Part shown: positions 27,735 to 36,464 of the stretch, piece after piece
Layout: every line of letters starts with the position of its first letter
How positions within the stretch are numbered: the stretch's first letter is position 1
Assembly: GCA_028717385.1 (NCBI GenBank)
Contig: JAQUNW010000002.1
Coordinates: 3,465 to 67,464, forward strand
Length of the DNA: 64,000 bases
DNA from: Dehalococcoidales bacterium
Lineage (GTDB): Bacteria; Chloroflexota; Dehalococcoidia; Dehalococcoidales; CSSed11-197
Direction of reading: 5' to 3'
Made by a program: the position numbers and the translations under genes
Notes under the pieces: generated by a model
What the model was told of the DNA's origin: nothing
Seen by the model: the letters and a program-made list of their open reading frames with translations, nothing else
The model's database searches: none

Positions 27735-29134
27735 GCAAGGCTGAATTAAACCCGGATAAAGACAAGCTTAATCAGGAAATGCGCAAGCTGCCCCAGGTAG
27801 AGGTGCTTCTTTCCAGCCATGAACTGGAAACTCCTGTAAAACGTTACAGCCGGCCGTTGGTTATGCAGGCGATATCCAGGGTACTCTCTTTTGCCCGTGC
27901 TGGTATTGCCAACGGTAAGCCTTCTCCTTCCCAAGAAGAATTGGTTAAGCTTATAATTGCCGATCTTGATGAAAACTGGCCAGGCTTCGGCAGCCCGGTA
28001 ATTAATGCCACCGGAGTTGTTTTGCACACCAATTTGGGAAGAGCCCCACTACCGAAGGCGGCTTTGAAAGCTGTCAACCATCTCTGCGGGGATTTTTCTG
28101 TATTGGAATATGATTTGAAAACTGGCAAGCGCGGGCGGCGCGCCCAGGACCTTGAAAAATTGCTTGCGATTCTTACCGGCACCGAAACTGCCATGGTGGT
28201 TAATAATAATGCGGCTGCGGTGCTGCTCATTCTAGTTGCCTTGGCCAACGGTCGTGAGGCCATAGTATCTCGAGGTGAATTGGTACAAATTGGCGGTGGT
28301 TTTCGGGTACCCGAGATTATGGAGCAGAGTGGGGTTAAGCTGACAGAAGTAGGTACAACAAACCAGACCTATTTGATCGACTACGAAAAGGCGATCAACG
28401 AAAACACCGGCTTGCTGCTGAAGGTTCATCGTTCCAACTTTGCTTTGCGTGGTTTCATCAACGAAGTGAGCGTTGCCGAACTCATGAAACTGGGCAAGAG
28501 GCACCACCTGCCAGTAGTGTATGACGTTGGGAGCGGATCATTTTTTGATACACAGGAATATGGAATGGAATATGAACCTACCGTTCCCGATGCGGTTAAA
28601 GAGGGAGCGGATATAATCTGCTTTTCCGGCGATAAGCTCTTTGGGGCATCACAAGCTGGGATTATCGTAGGAAAAAAAGAATACATAGATAAAATGCGTT
28701 CTCATCAGCTGCTGCGGGCAATACGGATAGATAAAATGGCAACTGCTGTACTTGAAGCCGTTACCCTGCTTTACCTTAATAAGGAAGCAAAACAGGCGGT
28801 TCCGGTATGGCACATGATGGGAATCACCGCAGAAGAAATCAGCGAGCGGGCAAAGGCGCTTGCTGCCAAAATAAACTTGTCAGGAATTACGGCAGAAGTA
28901 AAACCTGGTTTGAGCATGGTTGGGGGCGGTTCTCTTCCTGACCAGACACTGAGCACCTTTGTGGTGACTATCAAGCCTGAAATCTCATTAGAGGCCTTCT
29001 CATCACGCTTGCGGGTGAGTACGCCACCTGTTATTGGGCGTATAGAAGATGAGCGCTTTGTTCTTGACCTGCGCACCGTTTTTCCCGAGCAAGAAGAAGT
29101 TCTTCTGCAACAGATAACGGAAAATGCCAGATAG
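27731..29134 (+). CDS. selA: L-seryl-tRNA(Sec) selenium transferase
   Basis: 467 aa. 'INATGVVLHTNLGRA' and the PLP region 'FSGDKLFGASQAGIIVG'. ATG overlaps the selD stop (ATGA). Confidence 0.9.
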   Translation: MSKAELNPDKDKLNQEMRKLPQVEVLLSSHELETPVKRYSRPLVMQAISRVLSFARAGIANGKPSPSQEELVKLIIADLDENWPGFGSPVINATGVVLHTNLGRAPLPKAALKAVNHLCGDFSVLEYDLKTGKRGRRAQDLEKLLAILTGTETAMVVNNNAAAVLLILVALANGREAIVSRGELVQIGGGFRVPEIMEQSGVKLTEVGTTNQTYLIDYEKAINENTGLLLKVHRSNFALRGFINEVSVAELMKLGKRHHLPVVYDVGSGSFFDTQEYGMEYEPTVPDAVKEGADIICFSGDKLFGASQAGIIVGKKEYIDKMRSHQLLRAIRIDKMATAVLEAVTLLYLNKEAKQAVPVWHMMGITAEEISERAKALAAKINLSGITAEVKPGLSMVGGGSLPDQTLSTFVVTIKPEISLEAFSSRLRVSTPPVIGRIEDERFVLDLRTVFPEQEEVLLQQITENAR

Positions 29135-29139
29135 CTTTC

Positions 29140-31014
29140 ATGTTGACTATTGGTACAGCCGGCCATATAGACCACGGTAAATCCAGCCTTGTAAAAGCCC
29201 TTACTGAGATTGACCCAGACCGCTTGCCGGAGGAAAAAATCCGTGGTATGACACTGGATCTGGGGTTCGCCTGGCTCAGTCTTCCATCAGGGGAAAAAGT
29301 CGGTATAGTCGATGTTCCTGGCCATGAACATTTTGTTCGTAATGTTATACCCGGTATAAGCGGGATTGACGGTGTTATTCTACTTGTGGCTGCCGATGAT
29401 GGCTGGATGCCCCAGACCGAAGAACACATGCGAATTATTAATTTGCTGGGTATACAAAACTGCATCATCGCACTAAATAAAATAGACATTGTAACAGATG
29501 AAGAGTGGCTTGAATTGGTTGAGGCGGACATCACCGAAAGACTGAAAGGCACCTCATTGGAAGGATCCCCGATTATTCGGATTAGTGCACGTGAAGGCAC
29601 CGGAATAAATGAGCTGAAGGATGCCATTTCCAGTTTGGTTCAGCGGGTAAAAACTGGTCGCGATATCGGAAAGCCCCGCCTTCCGGTTGATCGTGTTTTC
29701 ATTATTAAGGGGAGTGGGGTGGTTGTCACCGGCACCCTCCATTTTGGAGCTCTTTCAGCAGGGGACGACATAGTAGTTCTTCCTGCAAATACCCCTGCTC
29801 ATATCAGAAGCATAGAATGCTATAAGGAGACCTCAAAGAAAGTCGAACCAGGGTGCAGAGTGGCTTTAAACCTGAGTGGAGTTAAAAAAGATGACCTGGG
29901 CCGTGGAGATGTCATAGTCCCTGCATGGGGAGATAAAAGTACTAGTAAAATCGTAAATACACGAATAAGTCTTTTGCTTAACCCCGAGTTTAGCCTGAAA
30001 AATGGGGAAGAGGTGCTTATATACATTGAAACCGGAGAGTACATAAGCCGGGTTGCCCTGATGGGTACCAGGGAACTTATTGGGGGAGACACAGGCTTTG
30101 TACAGCTAAAGCTTGACCGGGAAGCACCAGTATACATTGGCCAGCGATTAATCGTCCGCAGACAATCTCCCGCTGATACAATCGGGGGAGGCGTCGTGCT
30201 AGATCCGTTTGCCAGCCCGTTTAAAGCGCGGTATACAGACACAACAATATCCTGGCTGCACCGGCGTGAGGACTTGCAGGTCGAAAACCTAATTTTGACT
30301 GAACTGGAAAAAAAACACTTCGTTGAACGTAATGGTGTTCTTTCGTACTCCTTTTATTCGCAGGATGATATCAATGCCGTGGTGGATGAACTTGTTAAAC
30401 AAAAGACCGTTGGAATCAAAGCCGGCTATCTGTTCCAATTGGAAGACTGGCAGGAGAAGAAGAATGAGACGCGGAGAATTATTGATCTTGAGCACCAGAA
30501 AAATCCTCTTAAGCGCGGAATAACCGGAACCGCTTTGCAGGTTAAGATTGGCTTACCCCGGGAAATACTCACAACCATGGTTGAAGAGATGCTTACTGAT
30601 GGTATTATTTACCGTGACGGGGAGTGGCTTGCGATATCAGGATACAAACCTGGATTGTCATCACAACAGCAAGCAGCTGAAGGGCAGATAATGTCCCTTT
30701 TTAAAGCGGCTCCTTTTGCACCCCCGACCCTCAAGGAGTTACTCAGGCAGTTTCCAGGCAATGAAGATGTTATATATTTCCTGATGGATAAAGGGGAGTT
30801 AGTGCAATTTGCCGACGGAATATTGCTTGAAAAAATTACCTACAATAAAATCAAGAGCGAGGTGACCGCTTTTCTCAAGGCTAATGGGCAACTAGCAATA
30901 CAAGATATGAACAAGTTGTTTGGCCTTACCAGGAAGTACACGATCCCTGTTCTTGGACAGCTTGATAAGGAAAAGGTAACCAAGAGAGAGGGAGACGTCA
31001 GGGTTCTTGGCTGA
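29140..31014 (+). CDS. selB: selenocysteine-specific translation elongation factor
   Basis: 'IGTAGHIDHGKSSLVKALT' G1, 'DVPGHEHF' G3, 'NKIDIV' G4, plus a long C-terminal winged-helix extension (624 aa). Confidence 0.9.
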   Translation: MLTIGTAGHIDHGKSSLVKALTEIDPDRLPEEKIRGMTLDLGFAWLSLPSGEKVGIVDVPGHEHFVRNVIPGISGIDGVILLVAADDGWMPQTEEHMRIINLLGIQNCIIALNKIDIVTDEEWLELVEADITERLKGTSLEGSPIIRISAREGTGINELKDAISSLVQRVKTGRDIGKPRLPVDRVFIIKGSGVVVTGTLHFGALSAGDDIVVLPANTPAHIRSIECYKETSKKVEPGCRVALNLSGVKKDDLGRGDVIVPAWGDKSTSKIVNTRISLLLNPEFSLKNGEEVLIYIETGEYISRVALMGTRELIGGDTGFVQLKLDREAPVYIGQRLIVRRQSPADTIGGGVVLDPFASPFKARYTDTTISWLHRREDLQVENLILTELEKKHFVERNGVLSYSFYSQDDINAVVDELVKQKTVGIKAGYLFQLEDWQEKKNETRRIIDLEHQKNPLKRGITGTALQVKIGLPREILTTMVEEMLTDGIIYRDGEWLAISGYKPGLSSQQQAAEGQIMSLFKAAPFAPPTLKELLRQFPGNEDVIYFLMDKGELVQFADGILLEKITYNKIKSEVTAFLKANGQLAIQDMNKLFGLTRKYTIPVLGQLDKEKVTKREGDVRVLG

Positions 31015-31100
31015 CCTGCAAAAAGGGTTTTTCTTTACAAGTAGAACGAGCTCTCATATAATTTAGAGCAGCCCAGGCTCCATGGGACACTTTTTAACAC

Positions 31101-31184
31101 GCCGGGGTGGCGGAATCGGCAGACGCAGCGGACTTAAAATCCGCCGGAATAAAATCCGTGTGGGTTCGACCCCCACCCCCGGCA
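31101..31184 (+). tRNA. tRNA-Leu (anticodon TAA)
   Basis: GCCGGGG acceptor, anticodon loop CT-TAA-AA, long variable arm, T-arm GTGGGTTCGACCCCCAC and 3' CCCCGGC-A. Track ORF 31094-31297 is an artefact over it. Confidence 0.9.
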
Positions 31185-31194
31185 CGCCAAATGT

Positions 31195-31229
31195 AAAAAA
31201 GAAACTGCTCGTCGAGCAGTTTCTTTTTT
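31195..31229. terminator. bidirectional rho-independent terminator
   Basis: AAAAAA-GAAACTGCTC-gtc-GAGCAGTTTC-TTTTTT, between convergent tRNA-Leu (+) and the small zinc-ribbon gene (-). Confidence 0.8.
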
Positions 31230-31251
31230 AATTTATGAACCAGAATCAGCT

Positions 31252-31392
31252 TTAGCTTTTGCCAATTTTGAACATTTTGGTGCCGCAATCGGGACAAACG
31301 CCTTGAGTAGCCGGCCGTCCATTCTTCATGGTGATGGCGGTAGCTCCCTTCATCTCCTTTTTAGCACGACACTTCATACAATAAGCCTGCAT
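31252..31392 (-). CDS. small zinc-ribbon protein (DUF5679-like), 46 aa
   Basis: Not in the track. Translation is MQAYCMKCRAKKEMKGATAITMKNGRPATQGVCPDCGTKMFKIGKS. Strong RBS GAAGGAGG lies 8 nt upstream. Confidence 0.65.
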   Translation of the reverse strand: MQAYCMKCRAKKEMKGATAITMKNGRPATQGVCPDCGTKMFKIGKS

Positions 31393-31515
31393 CCGGGTTA
31401 ACCTCCTTCTTGTTTAGCTTTGAGAGCAAGAATAAACTATTGCATGCCTGTGTGTCAAGAGTGATTTGGTAAATTGGGACACGAAGAGAGTTAATAGTAA
31501 CTAAAGTACCAGATC

Positions 31516-32499
31516 CTAAGGTCTGAATACTGGAGCCATTGGCAGCAGTAGAGTACATCCGGGTTCCCGATTTATATAACTGCGAGTATAATTCGAAGGG
31601 AATGAATAGACTACTTGCGCTTTAGGATGCTCAAGGCAAAACAGGAATACCCCAACAGTCTGTGATTTAGTTCCAAATGGCCCGATTACCATATTGTAGC
31701 CCTCTTTAACTTCCAGAAATATGGTTTCAAGCGCATTTCTGGCTGCATATGGATCGTCGGGTGGGGCGGTTCGCACTTCCACCGAAGGAAGAGACAGGAG
31801 CCGGGCATTATTACGTTTAGCGTAATCGAGATACTCTTCCTTGCCATCTCGTGGAGGATTGGTGATTATTCCAATCACCTTTGCCGGATTGAAATGCTTC
31901 CAGACGCTTAGTGCCCTTTCTGGTTCGAATCCTAAAAACATTATGAGGAGTGTCTCTTTATCCATCGACATATTACCAAAAAAGTTGGGCACTGTGGTGA
32001 TTTGTTCCACTCCTCGGGTAAGGCGGGTTGGCGCGTATGTTTGCGTAGTATGTAGTAGACGAGGAATTCCCATATTTTGATCGGCAACCAAAAAATGTAA
32101 TAATTCCAGCAAGTAAATCTTGGTAAAACTGGAAATATCGATGGTTATGCAGGGTTCATCCGGATCCTTTGGCTTGCAACGGCTCCAAACACTCCTGAGC
32201 TGGTTGATTGCTTCGGTTGGTGCATCCCGCTGGCAGCGAACAACGAAAACGCCTTCGCTGGTTCGCTTCCCCAATTCTGCCTGTAGTTTGAATAGGTTGG
32301 TTTCGACGTGTTGTTTGTAAAAAGGATCTTCTACAACAAAAATAACACTAAAACGGGTACGAAACCCCATTCCCATTTTAGAAACAGACTGGATACAGCG
32401 GTCTTCAAATCCAGCGCAGCAGATAAATAAATCATCTGGGCCGTACTCGTTGATCCGGTTAAGTTGCTCAATTTCTATTGGCTGGTCGTGTATCTTCAT
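31516..32499 (-). CDS. internally duplicated Rossmann-like protein with CARF/Csa3-like motifs (function unknown)
   Basis: The two halves are parallel: 'LFICCAGFEDRC...SVIFVV...ITIDISSFTK' and 'LLIMFLGFEPERAL...KVIGIIT...NMVIGPFGTK'. Start is set at ATG 32499 (MKIHDQP), with ATG 32535 as the alternative. The track start 32730 overlaps the divergent gene and is unlikely. Confidence 0.55.
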   Translation of the reverse strand: MKIHDQPIEIEQLNRINEYGPDDLFICCAGFEDRCIQSVSKMGMGFRTRFSVIFVVEDPFYKQHVETNLFKLQAELGKRTSEGVFVVRCQRDAPTEAINQLRSVWSRCKPKDPDEPCITIDISSFTKIYLLELLHFLVADQNMGIPRLLHTTQTYAPTRLTRGVEQITTVPNFFGNMSMDKETLLIMFLGFEPERALSVWKHFNPAKVIGIITNPPRDGKEEYLDYAKRNNARLLSLPSVEVRTAPPDDPYAARNALETIFLEVKEGYNMVIGPFGTKSQTVGVFLFCLEHPKAQVVYSFPSNYTRSYINREPGCTLLLPMAPVFRP

Positions 32500-32670
32500 C
32501 TTCCTTGTATGAAAACCGGTGCTGTCTGTTGCCATCAATATAATCAGCAACGACAAGAATGTCAACACTAGCCGGCTTCCAAACGATTGCTTGGCTACAC
32601 ATGGCCTGAAACATACTTGGTTAATAAAGAAACCCATCAGGTTGACCCAGACCGAATACCCGGTTATGAT

Positions 32671-35600
32671 ATGGTCATGTCCCGCATTATCCTGGCAGTG
32701 GCAATGCTGGCACTCCAAATACCAATACAATTAAACGTCCCGGTGGCAACTTCCCCCTACTACCACCAGCCGGCTTTAAAATGGAACAGGATTAATACTC
32801 CTTCCGAAGATTCGATAGTTGCCCCTGGAAGTGACGTTTTACAGCTCATGGCTGCCCAAGATTCAACACTTTATAGTGTTGTTAGGGACGGAGACTGCCG
32901 CCTCTATCATTCTGAGGATGGCGGGCGCCGTTGGGAGAAGCTCGCATCGCTTGAACAAGGTTTCGTAGAACTTGTGGAATACCGCCATGAAGCAGGTGTT
33001 TTATATTATGCCACCCCTTCCATGGTTTTTAGATCAGAAGATGGCGGTCGTTCATTTTCCATCCTCCCATGGTTACCCGGGGTAGATGGGGAAACAAGTT
33101 TTATTACCGCTATCGCGGTTGCATCGGTTGAAGGAGAAGAAATAATTGCGGCAACGGTGGCGTCTTCCGGAGAAGGTGGAACCCGCGGTATTTTTCTGCT
33201 GAAATCCAACGAATTTCTTTCCCGCTGGTGTGATAGCGGTCTCACATCTTTTAATGCCTATTCAGTCAGGTTTATTCCTGGCTATAGTGATGAAATTGCT
33301 CTGGCTGCGGTTGGTATTCAGGAAGGCGATTTTGTTTTCAAAACGATGATAGGCAATGCAGGCTGGAGTAATACGTGGAACGATGGGATTATCACGAGCA
33401 ATTTGAAAACTGGCCTAACACTGGAGGAAGCCGTTTTAGTGTTCCCGGCTGGATTTAATCCCTTTCACCCGGTGGTACTGGTCGGTTTGAATACAGAGGG
33501 AGGAGGGGTGTACCGGGTAGAATTGGCCAGTGGTTTGACAGCTACTGGTGTTTATAAGTTAACGGCAGATGGCACCAGCGCGGTAACTTCACTGAACGTA
33601 GCTGACAATGGAACTATCCTGGCAGGAACAGCTACAGGTGACCTGTATCTTTCCCATGATCATGGGATAACCTGGAAACAGCCGTTCAAACCACCGACAG
33701 GGGAAAGAATCACCTCTGTTGTGGCGCTTCCGCAAGGTTTTTATGTGACCGCCACGGGTTCTGAGAGCGCAGTTTCTTTTTCTGAAGATGGTTACCATTG
33801 GGAGCAATTATCATGGGTTGATACACGCATAGATTCCCTGCTGGATTTTGCAGTTGCGCCTCAGCGCTGTCAGGATAAAGCCATTTATTTATTAACCTGG
33901 GGAGGAAGTTCCAGCCTCTGGTATTCTGCAGATGGAGGAAACAGCTGGCTCCGCTATTTGAACAGCAGCGTGACTGAAGGTATTTTTGAAAAAGTGTGCA
34001 TTTCGCCGGAATATGGACGATCGCAGGAAGTTATATATATGGCTGGTGAAGGCAGTGATGGCTCCAGGGTATGGAGATCAGCAGATGGCGGGAAAAGTTA
34101 TGTCACGAGGAATTGCCCGCTTCAGATTGACTGCCTGGAAATCATTGGTGATGACGAACTGTTGGCCGGGGCTTTCGATGGAAGGTGCGGAGTTATTCTG
34201 CGTTCTCAAAACGCTGGCCGTTCATATACGTATTCTATAGCTGGAGAAGCACCCATATATTCTTTGGCAGTTGCTCCCGGTTCGGCTGGTTGGAATATAT
34301 TAACTGGAGATTTTGCCGGGGGCGTATATTATTCCGAGAACGCAGGCGTAAATTTTTGCCGGTTGTCCGGTACAGACAAACTCAGTGGTGCGATCAGCGT
34401 GTCGTTTGATAACGCTTTTAGCGAAAACAATCGTATCTTTGCGGCTTCGGACTTTCCCGGTGAAGGTATATACTCCGCCAAAGTTTCTTCGGAAATAGAT
34501 TGGAAGAGACTGGAGCTCGAAGACGAGCAGGTGCAGAGCAGGATGGGCTGTCTGGTTGTTGCTGAAAATGGCCTGGTATATGCTGCTGATCTGCAGCCAT
34601 TGAAGTTGGAGGCAGATCGGGGCAAGGTGATGCGAATCCTTAGAACTACGCAAGGTCCGGCAGCTGTTGAAATAATTACAAAGGGGCTTGATGAGGGGTG
34701 TTCTCTCGGGAAAATGATATCAGCAGGAAACACATTATGGGCAATAGATATCAACAATAACAGGCTTCTCCATTATACGGATACGCTTGCCAGCCCTCCG
34801 GAATTAGTATTCCCGCTGGATGGGGCAAAAGATGTTGGCATTGCTGGTAATGGTTATGTAAGCAACATCCGGCTTGAATGGGAGGTCTTGCCCGGGGCGG
34901 CGGAATACCACTGGCAGGTTTCTGACAACTCTTCTTTTAGTAAAATCCAGGAAGATTTAGAAGGATTTTCCGACCATACTGAGCTTTTGTTGCCCAAGCT
35001 GGATGCGGAAACCAGCTATTATTGGCGTATAAGGGCGGTAAAGCCAGTTTCCAGTGTATGGTCAGAGACAGGACGGTTTAAAACCGCACTCCCGACCAGT
35101 GTGGTTACTCCCAGGTTGGAAAAACCCTTGCCTGGAGAAAGAGACGTGGTTACCAGGCCGTTATTCCAGTGGGAGAAAATCGAAGGCGCAGACTATTACG
35201 AACTGGTAGTAGGTACTAACCCAGATTTCAAGGAACCGGTTTTAACCTGTATCGGGCTGGAAGCCTTAAGAGCTAATGCCTGCCAGGCGACCGATGAGCT
35301 TGAATATGCAACTGTGTATTTTTGGAAAGTCAGGGCGGTAGATGCTGGCGGAGCAAGTGACTGGAGCGGAGTTGGCAGTTTTAGAACAGCAGATCCACCA
35401 GGCCAGCCAGGAGTACCTGCCACGGAATCTCCCGTGACTACTATTACCTTGCCGATAACCACTGTTATCAATATTGGGGATATCACCGTAGTTGTTCCGC
35501 CTCTGGAGATTCCTGGGCAGACTATAGTCGTGACGCAATCTCCTGGTCCCAGCTACCCTCAGATAACTACGCGGATGCCACAATATGTCTATGTGATAAT

Positions 35601-35676
35601 TGTATTGTTGGGAATGGCTTTGTTCGTATTGCTAATACTGCTTACTGTAATTACAGTTAGAAGCCGGCAGGGCTAA
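32671..35676 (+). CDS. large secreted/membrane-anchored BNR (Asp-box) repeat protein with two FN3-like domains and a C-terminal TM anchor
   Basis: Eight SxDxGxxW/F-type boxes: SEDGGRRW, SEDGGRSF, SHDHGITW, SEDGYHW, SADGGNSW, SADGGKSY, SQNAGRSY, SENAGVNF. Two FN3-like units (..YYWRIRAV, ..YFWKVRAV), a P/T-rich linker and TM 'YVYVIIVLLGMALFVLLILLTVITV'. Signal-peptide-like start at ATG 32671 or 32677. Confidence 0.8.
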   Translation: MVMSRIILAVAMLALQIPIQLNVPVATSPYYHQPALKWNRINTPSEDSIVAPGSDVLQLMAAQDSTLYSVVRDGDCRLYHSEDGGRRWEKLASLEQGFVELVEYRHEAGVLYYATPSMVFRSEDGGRSFSILPWLPGVDGETSFITAIAVASVEGEEIIAATVASSGEGGTRGIFLLKSNEFLSRWCDSGLTSFNAYSVRFIPGYSDEIALAAVGIQEGDFVFKTMIGNAGWSNTWNDGIITSNLKTGLTLEEAVLVFPAGFNPFHPVVLVGLNTEGGGVYRVELASGLTATGVYKLTADGTSAVTSLNVADNGTILAGTATGDLYLSHDHGITWKQPFKPPTGERITSVVALPQGFYVTATGSESAVSFSEDGYHWEQLSWVDTRIDSLLDFAVAPQRCQDKAIYLLTWGGSSSLWYSADGGNSWLRYLNSSVTEGIFEKVCISPEYGRSQEVIYMAGEGSDGSRVWRSADGGKSYVTRNCPLQIDCLEIIGDDELLAGAFDGRCGVILRSQNAGRSYTYSIAGEAPIYSLAVAPGSAGWNILTGDFAGGVYYSENAGVNFCRLSGTDKLSGAISVSFDNAFSENNRIFAASDFPGEGIYSAKVSSEIDWKRLELEDEQVQSRMGCLVVAENGLVYAADLQPLKLEADRGKVMRILRTTQGPAAVEIITKGLDEGCSLGKMISAGNTLWAIDINNNRLLHYTDTLASPPELVFPLDGAKDVGIAGNGYVSNIRLEWEVLPGAAEYHWQVSDNSSFSKIQEDLEGFSDHTELLLPKLDAETSYYWRIRAVKPVSSVWSETGRFKTALPTSVVTPRLEKPLPGERDVVTRPLFQWEKIEGADYYELVVGTNPDFKEPVLTCIGLEALRANACQATDELEYATVYFWKVRAVDAGGASDWSGVGSFRTADPPGQPGVPATESPVTTITLPITTVINIGDITVVVPPLEIPGQTIVVTQSPGPSYPQITTRMPQYVYVIIVLLGMALFVLLILLTVITVRSRQG

Positions 35677-35715
35677 TGATGTGGTAAAAGCTGCGAAATA
35701 CTACTAGTGTGTTTT

Positions 35716-36357
35716 TTAGGAGGGTTGTTCCAAAAGTATTACCTGGGTAGTTTGAGGGAGGTTATTTTTAGTGATATTAAACTTGGGCTGTGCCATAAGA
35801 CCTTGGGCGCCTATTTCATTAAGAAATTTATCTACCGGATCAATCTCAAGCGAGATTCCACTGGTTTTATAATGCATGGGTATCACGATTTTAGGTTCAA
35901 TATTGCGTACAAGCTTGGCTGCAAGAGAAGCGTTAATCGTGATATTGCCGCCTACGGGAAGTAAAAGTACATCGACATTGCCAATGGTTTCTATTTCTTC
36001 GTCGTCTAAAAGATGCCCCAGTCTCCCCAGGTGGCACACAGATAGTTCCTCAATCTCAAGCGCGTAGATGGTATTCTTACCGCGAACTGAGCCTTTGTTG
36101 TCATCTTGATAACAAGGTATACCGATGATGAGGGCATTGCTTACTTCGTACTCTCCCGGGCCCCGGATTATATAGGGATTTCCGCCAATTTTCTCTATAG
36201 CAACATCTGCTGTGGGGCTTTGATAGCTAAGACAGACAATATTGGCAGCGCTGCGATTTGAGTTATCACCGGTTTCTGAAAGAAAAGGATCGGTAATAAG
36301 GGTAACCTGCTTACCTTTGATGCGGAAGGATGATAGACCAAGCCAGCTAATTTCCAT
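35716..36357 (-). CDS. UPF0173-type MBL-fold metal-dependent hydrolase
   Basis: 'MEISWLGLSSFRIKGKQVTLITDPF' is a typical N-terminus of the UPF0173 family. Confidence 0.75.
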   Translation of the reverse strand: MEISWLGLSSFRIKGKQVTLITDPFLSETGDNSNRSAANIVCLSYQSPTADVAIEKIGGNPYIIRGPGEYEVSNALIIGIPCYQDDNKGSVRGKNTIYALEIEELSVCHLGRLGHLLDDEEIETIGNVDVLLLPVGGNITINASLAAKLVRNIEPKIVIPMHYKTSGISLEIDPVDKFLNEIGAQGLMAQPKFNITKNNLPQTTQVILLEQPS

Positions 36358-36464
36358 AATTTCAAGTTAATATTAACATACGTAAGCCAAACCGGGCAAA
36401 CAGGAAATAAAATTTCGAGGTTTGCCGGGGTCCATTTTATTGATCTCCGTGGTATATTATTGGT

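Noticed and set aside
31094-31297. 67-aa minus-strand ORF.
   Set aside because: It runs straight across the tRNA-Leu gene and the bidirectional terminator, so it is an artefact.
32500-32730. N-terminal extensions of the two divergent ORFs: 31516-32730 (-) and 32587-35676 (+), which overlap each other by 144 nt.
   Set aside because: The extensions are Cys/His-rich or nonsensical, and mutual overlap of divergent genes is unlikely. Internal starts (32499 or 32535, and 32671 or 32677) give sensible N-termini, including a signal peptide for the plus-strand gene.
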